Part shown: positions 22,785 through 33,765 of the stretch, in pieces | Layout of the letters: each line of letters begins with the position of its first letter | Position numbering within the stretch: the first letter of the stretch is position 1 | NCBI RefSeq assembly: GCF_004010195.1 | Contig: NC_057749.1 | Location: forward strand, 7,797,936-7,833,988 | Source: Chiloscyllium plagiosum | Lineage: Eukaryota | Reading direction: 5' to 3' | DNA: 36,053 nt | The notes under the pieces: model-generated | Told to the model about the DNA's origin: nothing | What the model saw: only the letters and a program-made list of their open reading frames with translations | Database searches by the model: none | Program-made: the position numbers and the translations under genes

Positions 22785-23135
22785 TTGGCTACGTGGGGAG
22801 ACTGAGAAAAGCTGGAATTGTTCTCCAGACAATGTTATGGGGAGATGTAATCGAGATGTTCAAATTCGTGAAGGGCACTGACAGGGTAAGTGGGAAAAAG
22901 CTCTTTCCAGTAACATAAGGGTCACTTAAATGGAGGACACAGATTCAGATTGCAAAAGAGTCAGAGGTGAGTTCAGAATGCTTTTCTTTAACTCGATGAG
23001 TTGTCATCTGGAAGCCGGTGGGGTGGGGGGGCTGCGGCTTAACAGGGAAATGTTGCAGGACCTGGGGATAAAGGAGAAGTAGCCTCCTTAAAGATTCTGC
23101 ACAGGCATGATGGACCACACTCTCCTGTTCTGTGG
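22785..23135 (+). mobile_element. Decayed CR1 3' fragment
   Basis: 'gagactgagaaaagctggaattgttctcc...ggggagatgtaatcgagatgttcaaattcgtgaaggg'. Confidence 0.75.
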
Positions 23136-23252
23136 GTTTCTGTGCTTTTCTTAAAAATTACATAATTGATGACACATTTTCAAAGTGCCAGAGAGGACAT
23201 TTGAATCATCCACGCTTACATTAAGAAAAGCACACAAATGTTTCATTCGAGG

Positions 23253-23400
23253 TAAAGTCTCCATAGTCCCAGAGAACAAGAGGGTTATTGTCTCATTAGA
23301 GAGAGAGAGTTGGTATTGAACTTAACCTGAGGGTCACCATGCTCTATGCGAGGGACAAGGTGGAGAAAGTAGGACTTACATAGTAGTGAATTGAGCCCAC
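23253..23400 (-). mobile_element. Probable shark SINE fragment (third family)
   Basis: 'aaagtctccatagtcccaga...ttaacctgagggtcacca...gaattgagccca' ends in an antisense B-box-like motif. Recognition from memory. Confidence 0.5.
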
Positions 23401-23454
23401 CTTCACTCTAAGTAAAGCTCAGTAGTTGCACTGTTCTGTATTAGCTGTCCCTTG

Positions 23455-24056
23455 TGGAAAAAATTGAGGGCAAGTCTATGAAGCAGAGGTCAGCATGTGG
23501 TGTTCTCGAGACTGTGATGAAAGAGAGGGTTGATCCTGTCAGATGTTTCCCTGAGCAGACTGTCAAAGTCATCTGGCAGAATGTCTCATTGTCAGAACTT
23601 TCCAACAAGCACCAAGATGTAGTTTAATTGGTGAAAACAGCACTATCTGTCAGATTCTTCATTATGCCTGGACTGTCTGCCACCGCCTGCTGCCCTCAAA
23701 GTAGTTTCAGGGTGAGAGGGGATGGTTGGGTTAGAGACAGTCGCACATCTCCTTGTGGAATGTGCCTTTTCAAAGGACGTGTGGAACGAGATGAGGTGGT
23801 TTGTGTCGAGGTTCGTCTCGAGCAGTCCCGTGAGGGACGACTGTGCTCTACTGTCTATTCCCTGGAATGCACACAGAGACAAACATCGAATGCACCTGGA
23901 GGACCATCAACTCAGTGAAAGACACTCTTTGATCTGCCAGAAACACGTGGGTCTTCCAGAGCAAAGAGTTGATCTCAACGAAGTGTTGCAGACTGGCCCA
24001 TTCCAAAGTTCAGAACTATGTGCGGAGGGATGCACTAAAGCTTGGGGCAGCTGCTA
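23455..24056 (+). mobile_element. Tx1/L1-group LINE ORF2 C-terminal remnant (zf-RVT region)
   Basis: VIWQNVSLSELSNKHQDV, CCPQ...ETVAHLLVECAFSKDVW (zinc knuckle ET..H.L..C......W), WRTINSVKDTL*SARNTWVFQ. Frameshifted. Confidence 0.85.
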
Positions 24057-24084
24057 AATTGCAACACAAATTCATTTAGTTATG

Positions 24085-24417
24085 AGATTAGATTAGATTA
24101 CATTACATTACAGTGTGGAAACAGGCCCTTCAGCCCAACAAGTCCACACCGACCCGCCGAAGCGCAACCCACCCATACCCCTACCCCTACCCCATATAGT
24201 TACACTTACCCCACACTACAGGCAATTTAGTATGGCCAATTCACCTGACCTGCACATCTTTGGACTGTGGGAGGAAACCGGAGCACCCGGAGGAAACCCA
24301 CGCAGACATGGGGAGAACGTGCAAACTCCACACAGTCAGTCACCTGAGGCGGGAATTGAACCCAGGTCTCTGGCGCTGTGAGGCAGCAGTGCTAACCACT
24401 GTGCCACCGTGCCGCCC
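24085..24417 (-). mobile_element. HE1/V-SINE-like SINE, young full-length copy with TSD
   Basis: A box TGGCACAGTGG, B box GGTTCAATTCCC, many intact CpGs, (TAATC)n/(TAATG)n tail. ATGAGA duplicated at 24082-24087 and 24418-24423. Confidence 0.95.
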
Positions 24418-24456
24418 ATGAGACCCTCTTTTTGCCTTGAAATATATGTAAGTAGT

Positions 24457-25490
24457 TAACGAGTTTTGTGAAGATTTGTAGCTTCAGGTTGAGGTTCTAG
24501 GTATATGTTTGATCACTGAGCTGGAAGGTTCATTTTCAGACATTTCATCACCAACCGAGGTAACATCTTCAGTGAGCCTCAGGATGAAGCATTAGTGGTA
24601 TCGCCTGCTTTCTATTTATTTGTTTAGATTTCTTTGGGTCAGTGATGTCACTTCCTGTGGTGATGCCATTTCCTTTGGGGATGTCATTTACTGTTTTTTT
24701 TTAAATTGGATCCAAGTCAATGGGTTATTGATAGAGTTCTGTTTGGAATGCAATGCTTCTAGGAATTCTCATGTGTGTCTCTGTTTGACTTGTCCTAGGA
24801 TGGATGTGTTGTCCCAGTCGAAGTGGTGTCCTTCCTCATCTATATGTGAGGATACTAGTGAGAGTGGGTCATGTCTTTTTTGGCTGGCAGATGTTCGTGT
24901 ATCCTGGTAGCTAGTTTTCTGCCTATTTGTCCAATGTAGTGTTTGTTACAGTTCTTGCAGAGTATTTTGTAAATGACGTTAGTTTTGTTTGTTGTCTATG
25001 TAGGATTTTTCATGTTCATAAGCTGCTGTTTTAGTGTGTTGGTGGGTTTGTGGGCTACCATGATGCCACGGAGTCTGAGTAGTCTGGCAGTCATTTCCGA
25101 GATGTCTTTGATGCAGGGGAGAGTGGCTCGGGTTTCCGAATGTACTTTGTCTGCTTGTTGGTGTTTGTTGCTGAGAAATCGGTGGACTGTGTTCATTGGG
25201 TACCAGTTCTTTTTGAATACACTGTTTAGGTGATTTTCCTCTGCTCTGTATAGTTTCTTTGTGCTGGAGTGTGTGGTGGCTCATTGAAATAATGTTTTAA
25301 TGCAGTTTGTTTGTAGATGTTGGGATGTTTGCTTTTGTAGTTCAGTATTTGGTCAGTATGTGTTGTTTTCCTGTAGATGCTGGTTTAAGTTCCCCATTGG
25401 CTGCTCGCTCTACTGTGACATCTAGGAATGGCAGTTTGTTGATGTTTTCCTCCTCTTTAGTGAATTTTCTGCCAGTAAGGGTATTATTGA
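24457..25490 (-). mobile_element. Penelope-like retroelement: RT C-terminus, GIY-YIG endonuclease and 3' terminal region, decayed
   Basis: Minus-strand pieces KFTKEEENINKLPFLDVTV, IYRKTTHTDQILNYKSKHP, TLPCIKDISEMTARLLR, NVIYKILCKNCNKHYIGQIGRKLATRIHEH (VIY..YIG). Stops and frameshifts present. Confidence 0.95.
24536..24575 (-). ncRNA. Minimal hammerhead ribozyme motif downstream of the PLE GIY-YIG domain
   Basis: TCA-CTGAAGA (24572-24566)-T-GTTACC-tcggtt-GGTGAT-GAAA-T-GTC-TGA. Stem I TCA/TGA. Confidence 0.75.
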
Positions 25491-27218
25491 AGTATTATGT
25501 AAGCAGTGTTCTGCATGAGTAGGAAATGCTGTTGTTTGCAAATGCAGGGAATGACAAATCCTAATGTTTTGTTCCTTTTTATCTGCAAAGACTGTATAGA
25601 ACTGTTTTAGTACCTTGTATACATGCATTAAGATTTTTAAAAGAATAATGTATTTTTTACAATAAAGCAAAGCTCTGATCAAGGGCAAATGGAGATTGTT
25701 CATAGTGACTGACTCACACAGCAATGGAGTTGACTAAATTTGACAAAATTTGATGAAATGTTTCTCTGTCCACAGGTGTTGCTAGACCTGGTGAGTTTCT
25801 CCTGTTTTCCCTGTGCTTGCCACAGAATTGGAGTATGGCCCTTAGAGTTTACAGTAAGATGTCCTCACTGATCATCCATTGTGAAGAGTTACGTTCAATA
25901 AGTCGTATTAATATTCACTCAGATGAGCGTAGGTCTCATCTTAGTACATAGAGATCATCCTTACTTCTTGTAACAGTAATGGGAAAGATTGTTTGAGCGT
26001 CCAGGGCTGGGGTCGGACTATTATGCAAGTAAATGTTCTGCATGATTAGGATCAGGCTATTTACTTTAGGACCATGAATGACTGGAATAGCCAACCCTTG
26101 AACGATTTTATCAATTCCCTGCATATTAAATTGCAAACATGTTTATTCGTGGACAAATAAGTACAGAATGGTCACGGGGTTAAGTAGGAAGGTGTTTCAG
26201 TTTTTATTATAGAATTAATGTTGATAGAAGTACCAAGGCATTGCCGAGATGGTCCTCCATTCCGACAGAGAATGAACTTAGAGCAGAGTAACTGACTCCC
26301 AATTACTCGATTGGGAATAATTGCTAAATTGTTTGTCTAACCCGGCACACAAAGCTGGCAAATGGCCTGATAATGGTCCCTTTGCAATTCACCTGCCCTA
26401 GCTGGATTGGCCTTTCGAGATCTGACAGAGCAGTTAGGGAGGGTAACGAAATATTGGGCTTTCTCCGCAATGCTGTGTCCAAAGAAAGAGTTAAAAAATA
26501 GTCAATGCCGTTTTGGATCTCATTTGTGAGGGTCCTGGAGAACCTGTGCAGTGTAGCAATGCAGCTGCTCAAAGTGCGAATGACTAGGACGTGGCATTCC
26601 AGTAATTACTATGCCCAATTGAGATTTTTTTTTCCCTGAAGAAGAAAGAAACAATAAGGGATGCTGTTCTCGGCAGAGTGCGTACTGGGCCCTTCATGGG
26701 AAAATGGGTCAAACAAAATATATTATCATAGCACAGTGCTATCATCTGTGGAAAGGACAAAACTGTAATGGATTATGAAGTGAAATTGTAACTGCAGACA
26801 TGTATTCAGGATTTTAGAATTAATAGCATTCTATTTGCATTTCATCATTTTTAACATTAATGACCTTGAAGGCTGGAGCAGATGATTTCAGGCCTTACTG
26901 CATCATTTGGCACAGTGCCCCATCAGATCCAACTATTCATGGGCAGGTCTTTGCCTCAGCTACCAAGTCTCCAGAAGAGCCAAGAATAACAACTGTTGGC
27001 AGAGGCTGTTATGGATATGCTCTCATGTTGTATGGCTTCTGATGTTCGGAGCCAATGTGTTATTGAGTGACAGTTTAACACACTGCAGTGCCCTGGACTG
27101 CAATCTCTTGGGCACACCTGTTCATGTCGTCCTAAAGTTTGCTCTGGGTCAGAGTGTATATGATAAAAGGGATAAGTAATCTTTTAGCAGACGGACATAG
27201 ACTTTGCTAATGAGCAAT

Positions 27219-27755
27219 AGAAATTGCTGGAAAAGTTCAGCAGATCTGACTGTGCATAATCCCTACAGTGTGGAAGCAGGCCATTCAGCCCATCGAGTCA
27301 TGCCAACCCTCTGAAGAGCATCTCATCCACACCCACTCCCTACCCTATACCTGCATTTTCTATGGCTAATCCATCTAACCGCCAGATCCCTGGATACATG
27401 GCTAATTTAGCATGGCCAATCCACCTAACCTGCACAACTTTGGACTGTGGTGGGAAACCAGAGCACCCAGAGGAAACCCACGCAGACACGGGAAGAATGT
27501 GTAAACTCCACACAGACAGTTGCATGAGGTTGGACTTGAACCCAGGTTTCTGGAGCCGTGAGACAGAAGTGCTAGCCACCATGCCGCCCATGGAGAGAAA
27601 CAGCAAAGTTAACGTTTCAGCTCCAGTTCTGAAGAAAAGTCACTGAACCCAAAATATTAACTCTACTTTCTCTCCAGGATGCTGCTAGATCTGCTGAGAT
27701 TTTCCAGCAATTTCTGTTTTTGTTTCTGATTTCCTGAATTCACAGTTCTTTTGGT
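27219..27755 (+). mobile_element. PLE-related hairpin element with decayed hammerhead, interrupted by a SINE
   Basis: Left arm 'agaaattgctggaaaagttcagcagatct' is complementary to right arm 'agatctgctgagattttccagcaatttct'. AGTT-CTGAAGA (27629-27635)...aAAA-tATT-AACT. Confidence 0.75.
27256..27588 (-). mobile_element. HE1/V-SINE-like SINE
   Basis: Minus GGGCGGCATGGTGGCTAGCAC, B box GGGTTCAAGTCC. Internal partial duplication of 'atggc(t/c)aatcca(t/c)ctaacc'. Confidence 0.9.
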
Positions 27756-28674
27756 CTACAGCCTTGACTATAGTTATTAGAAATCTGTGTATAATATCTT
27801 TTCAGATATTCTCTTCTTGATTTATAAACGCATTTGGAATATTACCACTCTGTCTATCTTCACCACAAGTGCACTAATATTTATTTATTAAGAAATGCAA
27901 TTTAACGATGAAATCTGTCAGCCACCTCGGCTTCTTGTTCAGCTCCCCCAGTGTGTATAATGTCTCCGAGTACACTACAATAGCCACTGTGCCATTGGGT
28001 GAAGAAGGGGAATCAAGTGGGATAAATCCACTTGATTAATCTGTCAGTAAAGAGTTGCATTTTCTTCAAAGAATGACAGAATCTTGTTGCTCAGAATGAG
28101 GCCATTCCACCATCTTGTCTGCGGTGGCTCTCTGAAAGTGACATCCAGAGACTCACACCTCTGCTCCTTCCAATTGTCCTATAAACTTGTCCTTTTCACA
28201 TATGTGTCCAAGCTCATTCCTGCCACCCTGTCAGGATGTATAAGGCAATGGATATGAAAAGGTTATTCTGGGAGTTGAACAGAAACTGCACCCAATCAGA
28301 TGTAACACAGCCACTCGGTGGAACATTCGGTAGTCTTGAGTAGCTTGAATAAACAGTGGTTGGAGTCTGGCCCGGTCTTCTCATGGAGACACAGGTATCT
28401 TACCTCGCTCTTGCAATAGAAGAGTTAATGTAACCTATAGTTATTCAGATGCAATAAACCGCATCTGTTTTCTCAGACAAGAGCTGCTTATGCTGAGATT
28501 TATTCATGGTCCATCCTCCACCACCAGCTACTAAAAAGCTCCTAGACCAGCCTAGGAAGAAAGATTGATGGTAGTGTCTTACCCAAAACACAGAGAGTCA
28601 GTACTGAGGCATCACCCGATCATTGTAACACATTTCAGCTCACATATGGCTCTCTGTGTTAAATAAAGTCCCTT

Positions 28675-29285
28675 TATCTCACCTCTGGTTCTTTGACTAA
28701 TTATCTAAACACTCTGTTGCCTGGGTTACTGACCTTCAGCACTGCAAACAGTTTTTCCTTACCTACTCAATCAAAACCTTTTTGTGATTCTCTAAGCCAT
28801 TACTAAACACTTGGTAGGAAAACAATTCTATCCTCTCCCAGGGTACCTCATTCACTCATCCACGATAAATCTCCTCAGCCTTGCCTCTAAGGCCCTGACA
28901 TTTGGTCACTCTTTCTGAAGGACAAGCGAGGAGGTAGTCATGGGGAAAGGAATTGCCATAAAAACTTAAGAAATAAGAACTGGAATAGGTAATTCAACCC
29001 TCGAGTCTGTTCCACCAGATTATGGTTATTCCGACATTGCTTACATCCATTTCCTGCCCTCTCCTCATAACCTTTGATTCTCTGACCGATCAATAATCTA
29101 TCAATCTCAGCCTTAAATATGCACGAGGATGCTAGCTCTCTGAGGCAAGGGGTTCCAAAGACTCTCAACCATTTGACAGAGGAAATTCCTCCTCATTTCA
29201 GTCCCTTTATTCTGAGCCTAAACCCTCTGGTCCCAGACTCTCCCGCAAAGGGAAACAACCTCTCAGCCCCGTGAGAATCCTGTCA
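28675..29285 (-). mobile_element. Antisense CR1 fragments (older 28675-28910, younger 28960-29285)
   Basis: Minus ORF IFKAEIDRLLIGQRIKGYEERAG. Tail 'cataaaaacttaagaaataagaactggaataggtaattc'. Confidence 0.8.
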
Positions 29286-29286
29286 T

Positions 29287-29582
29287 GATTAGATTAGATT
29301 CCCCACAGTATGAAAACAGGCTCTTCGGCCCAAAAGTCCACACTGGCCCTCCGAAGAGCAACCCACCCAGACCCATTCCCCTACATTTACCCCTGACTAA
29401 CACTACGGGCAATTTAGCATGGCCAATTCAGCTGGCCTGCACATCTTTGGACAGTGGGAGGAAACCCACGCAGACACGGGAGAGTGTGCAAACCCCACAC
29501 AGACATTTGCCCAAGGCTAGAATTGGACCCTGGTTCCTGGCGCTGTAAGGCAGCAGTGCTAACCACTGAGCCACCGTGCTTC
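29287..29582 (-). mobile_element. HE1/V-SINE-like SINE with TSD
   Basis: A box TGGCTCAGTGG, (TAATC)n tail. CATGAT duplicated at 29284-29289 and 29583-29588. Confidence 0.92.
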
Positions 29583-30596
29583 CATGATGGTGAACAATGA
29601 AAAATTTACAGAAAGAGAAAGGGGGACGTAAAGAAACCTACAGGTTTTTAATTTTTGTTTGAACTCAGGATGAACCAAAACAGATTGTGCCGTATTCCCT
29701 GCAGTCATTGAATAATACTAATATTAAAAGAACTCTTATTTCTTGTTTGTTGAGAGATTAGTGGTGGAAAATACCATCTGGTGCAGTGTAATTACTTAGA
29801 AAGGTAAACTGCTTGGATGTGTTATATGAAGATTGAAAAATTAGCTTTCCATTATTAGCTCTATGGATTTTTCAGTCTGGTTGTAGTGTACCAACCCCAC
29901 ATCTAATTAGAAGGGTCATGCCTTTCCCAATGATGTTTAAATTTGCTCACTTATTTCAACAAAGCAGGAGGAATTCTTTTCCCCATATGCTTTTTTAAAA
30001 AGTTCTGTCGTATGCAATACATCTAGAGTATCAGCTACAGCATGGGTCCATTCTTTCTCCATTTATTGCCCAGCCAATCTTAAGTAGTAACTAACTTAAT
30101 GCTTTGGGGTTGAAGGGTTTAAGTTGTGGCTGAGAGATGAATCACACAAATGTATCAGAGCCTGGGAATTGCTCCTGGCCGTGTTAGTGAGGGAACACCT
30201 CCCACATTGCCTCTGACATTTTCGTTTCACTAGCACTGGTGCTAATTTGTTTCTTTTTACAGGGTTAATACACTAAAACAGAAGGCAAATGATTATCATG
30301 TTGTCAACTGCATGCTGATAAAACCAACAGTGAATTCTAGCTTTTTATTCTTAGACAGTGCCCTTTCAGTCTAGTCAGATGACTTTCTTCCATTACGAGT
30401 TATTCACAGCTATCTCAATTCTAGCTTCCAATAAACATAATTACACTGCCAGAAATGATCCCAAATTGGATTATGAGGAGCTATTAATTTTAATGCGTAG
30501 AAAATCACCAGCTTCACACTTTCAAATTCCCACAATTGCCTTTCCCAGGAGCACGTCATCATGGAAGCAGTCCTGTTACATGAAGAGCTAACAGGA

Positions 30597-30803
30597 GGAC
30601 TTGTATTTATATAGCGCCTTTCATAATCTCTGAATGTCCCAAAGCAATTTGCAAGCAGTGACGTATTTTCCAAGTGGAAGTACTGTTCTAATGGAGGAAA
30701 AGTGGAGGAATTTCCAAGCAACAAGATCCTATAAACACCGATAATCTAATGTCCAGGTAATCTCCTTTTTGGACTTGGTTGACAGTTAAGTATTGACTGG
30801 ATG
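30597..30803 (-). mobile_element. DeuSINE (SacSINE1/AmnSINE1-like) 3' part
   Basis: 'acttgtatttatatagcgcctttca...atgtcccaaagc...caagatcctataaaca' matches the antisense DeuSINE 3' region as I recall it. Confidence 0.7.
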
Positions 30804-30829
30804 AGGCACATTTACAATAGCAAAGCAGA

Positions 30830-31090
30830 GACTGAATACTCAATGATGATTATCTCTTTACCAGCCAAGGCCTCGCCTACAAGGCTCAATTGATGTGTGT
30901 GTGATGGAGTACTGACCTGAGTGAACCCAACCACCACTGAAGATGCTCAATACCGTGCAAGGCAAAAGTGGGACAACTGATGTAATTGAAGCTTCTCCCA
31001 TTAGGCTCAATATTCACCTCCTCAACCAATGTCTTGAGCTCATTCACAAGTCAATGTGTACGCAAGTCTGAACACAACGTAGGACAATAC
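30830..31090 (+). mobile_element. Old LINE fragment (relative of 14590-15020)
   Basis: 'ctacaaggctcaa...gtgatggagtac...gaagatgctcaataccgtgcaaggcaaaa' reads YKAQ..VMEY...KMLNTVQGK, a pattern of CR1/L2-group ORF2. Confidence 0.55.
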
Positions 31091-31224
31091 AAAACAACTA
31101 TTCATAAGCAGGAACTTTTCAGATGTCAGATCTTTAAAATTAATATTAATTTTCCTATGTATGGGTTCAGGTAATTATGAGCAGATATTCATAAATCAGG
31201 ACTCCCACCCTATGTGTTGTGACC

Positions 31225-31440
31225 AATGGCTTCTTCCCTGCTTTTATTAGACTTCTGAACGGACCTCTCAAGTCTCAAATCTAATGGTGCTCTTGCTTTT
31301 AGCATGCCTTCTTTTTATTCCTTGCTGTGTTCTCTGATCTTTGTATGAAATGATCAGCTTGTACTGCAAGCAAAACAAAATCTTTTACTGTACCTAGGTG
31401 CATGTGACAGTCATAAAACAAACTAAATCAAATCAAATAT
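31225..31440 (+). mobile_element. Rex1/Babar-like LINE 3' end
   Basis: 'gcttcttccctgcttttattagacttctgaac' (FFPAFIRLLN), 'cttttactgtacctaggtgcatgtgaca', (AAATC)n tail. Confidence 0.65.
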
Positions 31441-31834
31441 CATCACTGTCTCATAGCATGCAATGAGATGGTATAAAAGGCTGATTCCATCTTACCCTGT
31501 GACCATCTTTGAAGAATTAAATGCTACCAAAAGCATGCTGTTCTGTTTATCTTAATAGCTTTATGTAAGTCAAGACACCGATGTGTCTCTGAATGTAATA
31601 TCTATATTGTAATAGTTTGTCGTAATGAATATCTGTTGGATTCTTCGATACCATGATCTACACCCAGGAGAAAACATAAACATTACTGTATCAGGTAAAA
31701 CAACTGTTGGAGGGAGTGCCCTATCAAAGTAGCCACATGTCCAGTGCAGTGTCATGCTTCAAGTGATCCTGGGGTTGGATGGAGCTTGACATCTTCATAT
31801 CTGCAGGTCTATGTGCGGTGATTGGAACTAGTCC

Positions 31835-31922
31835 CTTCACCCAATGAAGAAGCAATGGTCAGAAAACTTGTGGTTTCAAATAAATCTGTGTATCGTGTGA
31901 CTTCCCCAGTCCAACATCCACA
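31835..31922 (+). mobile_element. Degenerate copy of the 2372-2497 PLE/hammerhead unit
   Basis: CAC-ccaATGA-agaagcaatggtca-GAAA-a-CTT-GTG, then 'tttcaaataaatctg...cccagtccaaca'. Confidence 0.55.
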
Positions 31923-31924
31923 TT

Positions 31925-32110
31925 ATGAGATCCCTGCCTGGATTTGTTAACCTGAGCCAATCAAGGAGCCCTGGCTGACAGGTATAAACAGGGGATTCAG
32001 AAAGTTTCCTCATCCTCGGGGCTGGCTGATCAGAACCCATGAACAAATCACATGTAAACAAAGGATGACTTGGTGACGAGATACCAGCCTTAGTGCAGCT
32101 AATTTATTGT
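31925..32110 (+). mobile_element. Possible solo-LTR remnant
   Basis: CCAAT (gagccaatc), then TATAAA about 25 bp downstream, then a degenerate poly(A)-signal-like 'gtaaacaaag'. Resembles shark LTR-type repeats from memory. Confidence 0.4.
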
Positions 32111-33149
32111 GATACAGAGATCATATCATTAACATGTATTTTATGGGCATATTGACATTCTGAGAGAAATGGCGAAGCCTACTCTTCTTGGTCACTGAAG
32201 GAGTCCTGTCTTTTAAGCTGCAATACATTTCAGCTTTAGGTCAGCTTGCAACATCAGTGGTCATTGGTTCAGCAAGGCCCCACAAAGTCCAAAATTAGCC
32301 TCCAATTTTGACAAACTCACTTCGTGGAAAGCAAGTGAGTTTGATTTGTAACTTTGTATATGACACAAAGTCAACTTCCTGCACACACCTCAGAGAAGGG
32401 ATATAAGGATACCTCCAATTTGTGGAGATCTTTGACTTCTGGAGCATTTATTATTTTCAAGAAGTTGCCTAACTCTAAATTCTTAGGTTAGATGGGAAGA
32501 TTTTGTTTAAATAGGACATGAGGGCTACAGACTAGCTTTCAGCACAGCAATAAAATCAGATATTCTAATTGAGTGATATCTTGCACAGCTCACTAGTCAC
32601 ACAGATAAAACGTAATGAATTCCAAGGCTGAATATTAAAAGCATCACTAACGCAGTATTAAAGAGACAATACTTTCCAAAACATCTCATTTGCAAGCCTG
32701 AAACTTCTTGCAAAGCTAAAGAAGGAGGCTGGGGGCAATTCAAGAGAAGTGAAAGCTTTTGACACTTTTTTGTAATATTTTTGCGCTTTCACAAGGCATA
32801 AATTAATATTGAAAACAAATCAACGATTAAGAATTTTCACCATGTGCGTTGTTTATTTTTAACTACTTTTCATAGGTGTTACTGTAAATGTGTGGACTAA
32901 ACTTATTAAAAGAAAATTGCTTCCCTCTGTGCTATTGAAGATGGGGAAACCTGGGAACACGGACTATACAATGCTGCATTCAGTAGCTGCAGAGAAATAC
33001 AGTACAAATGGGATTTGGTTTGTATCTTTCTTGGGCTGGACATAAAATGCACCACTGGATGTGTTTCTGCCTGGGCTGGCAGTGTGTAAAATAATTTAGT
33101 TTGGAATGATCACCCCCCTCCTGCCCATTCTGGAGTTCATATATATATA

Positions 33150-33765
33150 GAAACGAGATGCAGGAGTAGGTCACTGCACTGCCATTCAGTAGGATCAAGG
33201 CTGGTCATCTGTCTCAATGCTTTATTCCTACGTTTCCCCTCCCCCCACCGTATATCTTGAAGCCTTTGAAATCAAAAACTGAACCAGTTTCTTAATCTGA
33301 AAATTTACCAATCACTTCCTCGATTATATTCAGTGACTTGATTTCCACAGCCTCTGTGGTAAATAAGTCTAAAGGTTCATTACCGTCTGAGTTAAGGCAT
33401 TTTTCTGCACTCTGGTCATAACTGGGTGACAACACGTACCAAGAATGTGACCCCATGCTTCTACATGTCCCATCCAAGGAAAACAGTCCCCCTGTACCTT
33501 TCCAGTCCTTTTAGCATTTTACACATTAGTCAATCCCCTCTCATCTTTCTAAACTCCAATGCCTGGTCAAACCAATCTCTCCACATGGCACAGTCCTGTC
33601 ACCCTGTATTCAACCTAGTAAATCTCCACTGCACTCCCTCTATGGCAAGAAGAACCCCTCTTTATCTGGAGACTAAAATTTCGTGCAGTGTTCCTGCACC
33701 AGTCTCATGAAAGTCCCTGTATAACTGCATTAAGGCATCCCAATTTCTGAACTCCAGTCCTCACT
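33150..33765 (-). mobile_element. Decayed antisense CR1 3' fragment
   Basis: 'caggagtaggtcactgcactgccattcagtaggatcaaggctg'. Minus ORF TEAVEIKSLNI. 'caacctagtaaatctccactgcactccctc'. Confidence 0.8.

Noticed and set aside
24340..24417. tRNA-like A and B boxes
   Set aside because: They are SINE heads continuing into SINE body. No complete cloverleaf or terminator is evident.
25750..25820. 'tttgatgaaatgtttctctgtccacaggtgttgctagacctg' as another hammerhead unit
   Set aside because: Likely a PLE tail relic, but stem II and most of the core are missing, so it was not counted.
5515..29548. Recurrent similar ORFs such as NLAWPIHLTCTFLDCGRKPEHPEETHAD
   Set aside because: These are translations of HE1-like SINE copies, not a gene family.
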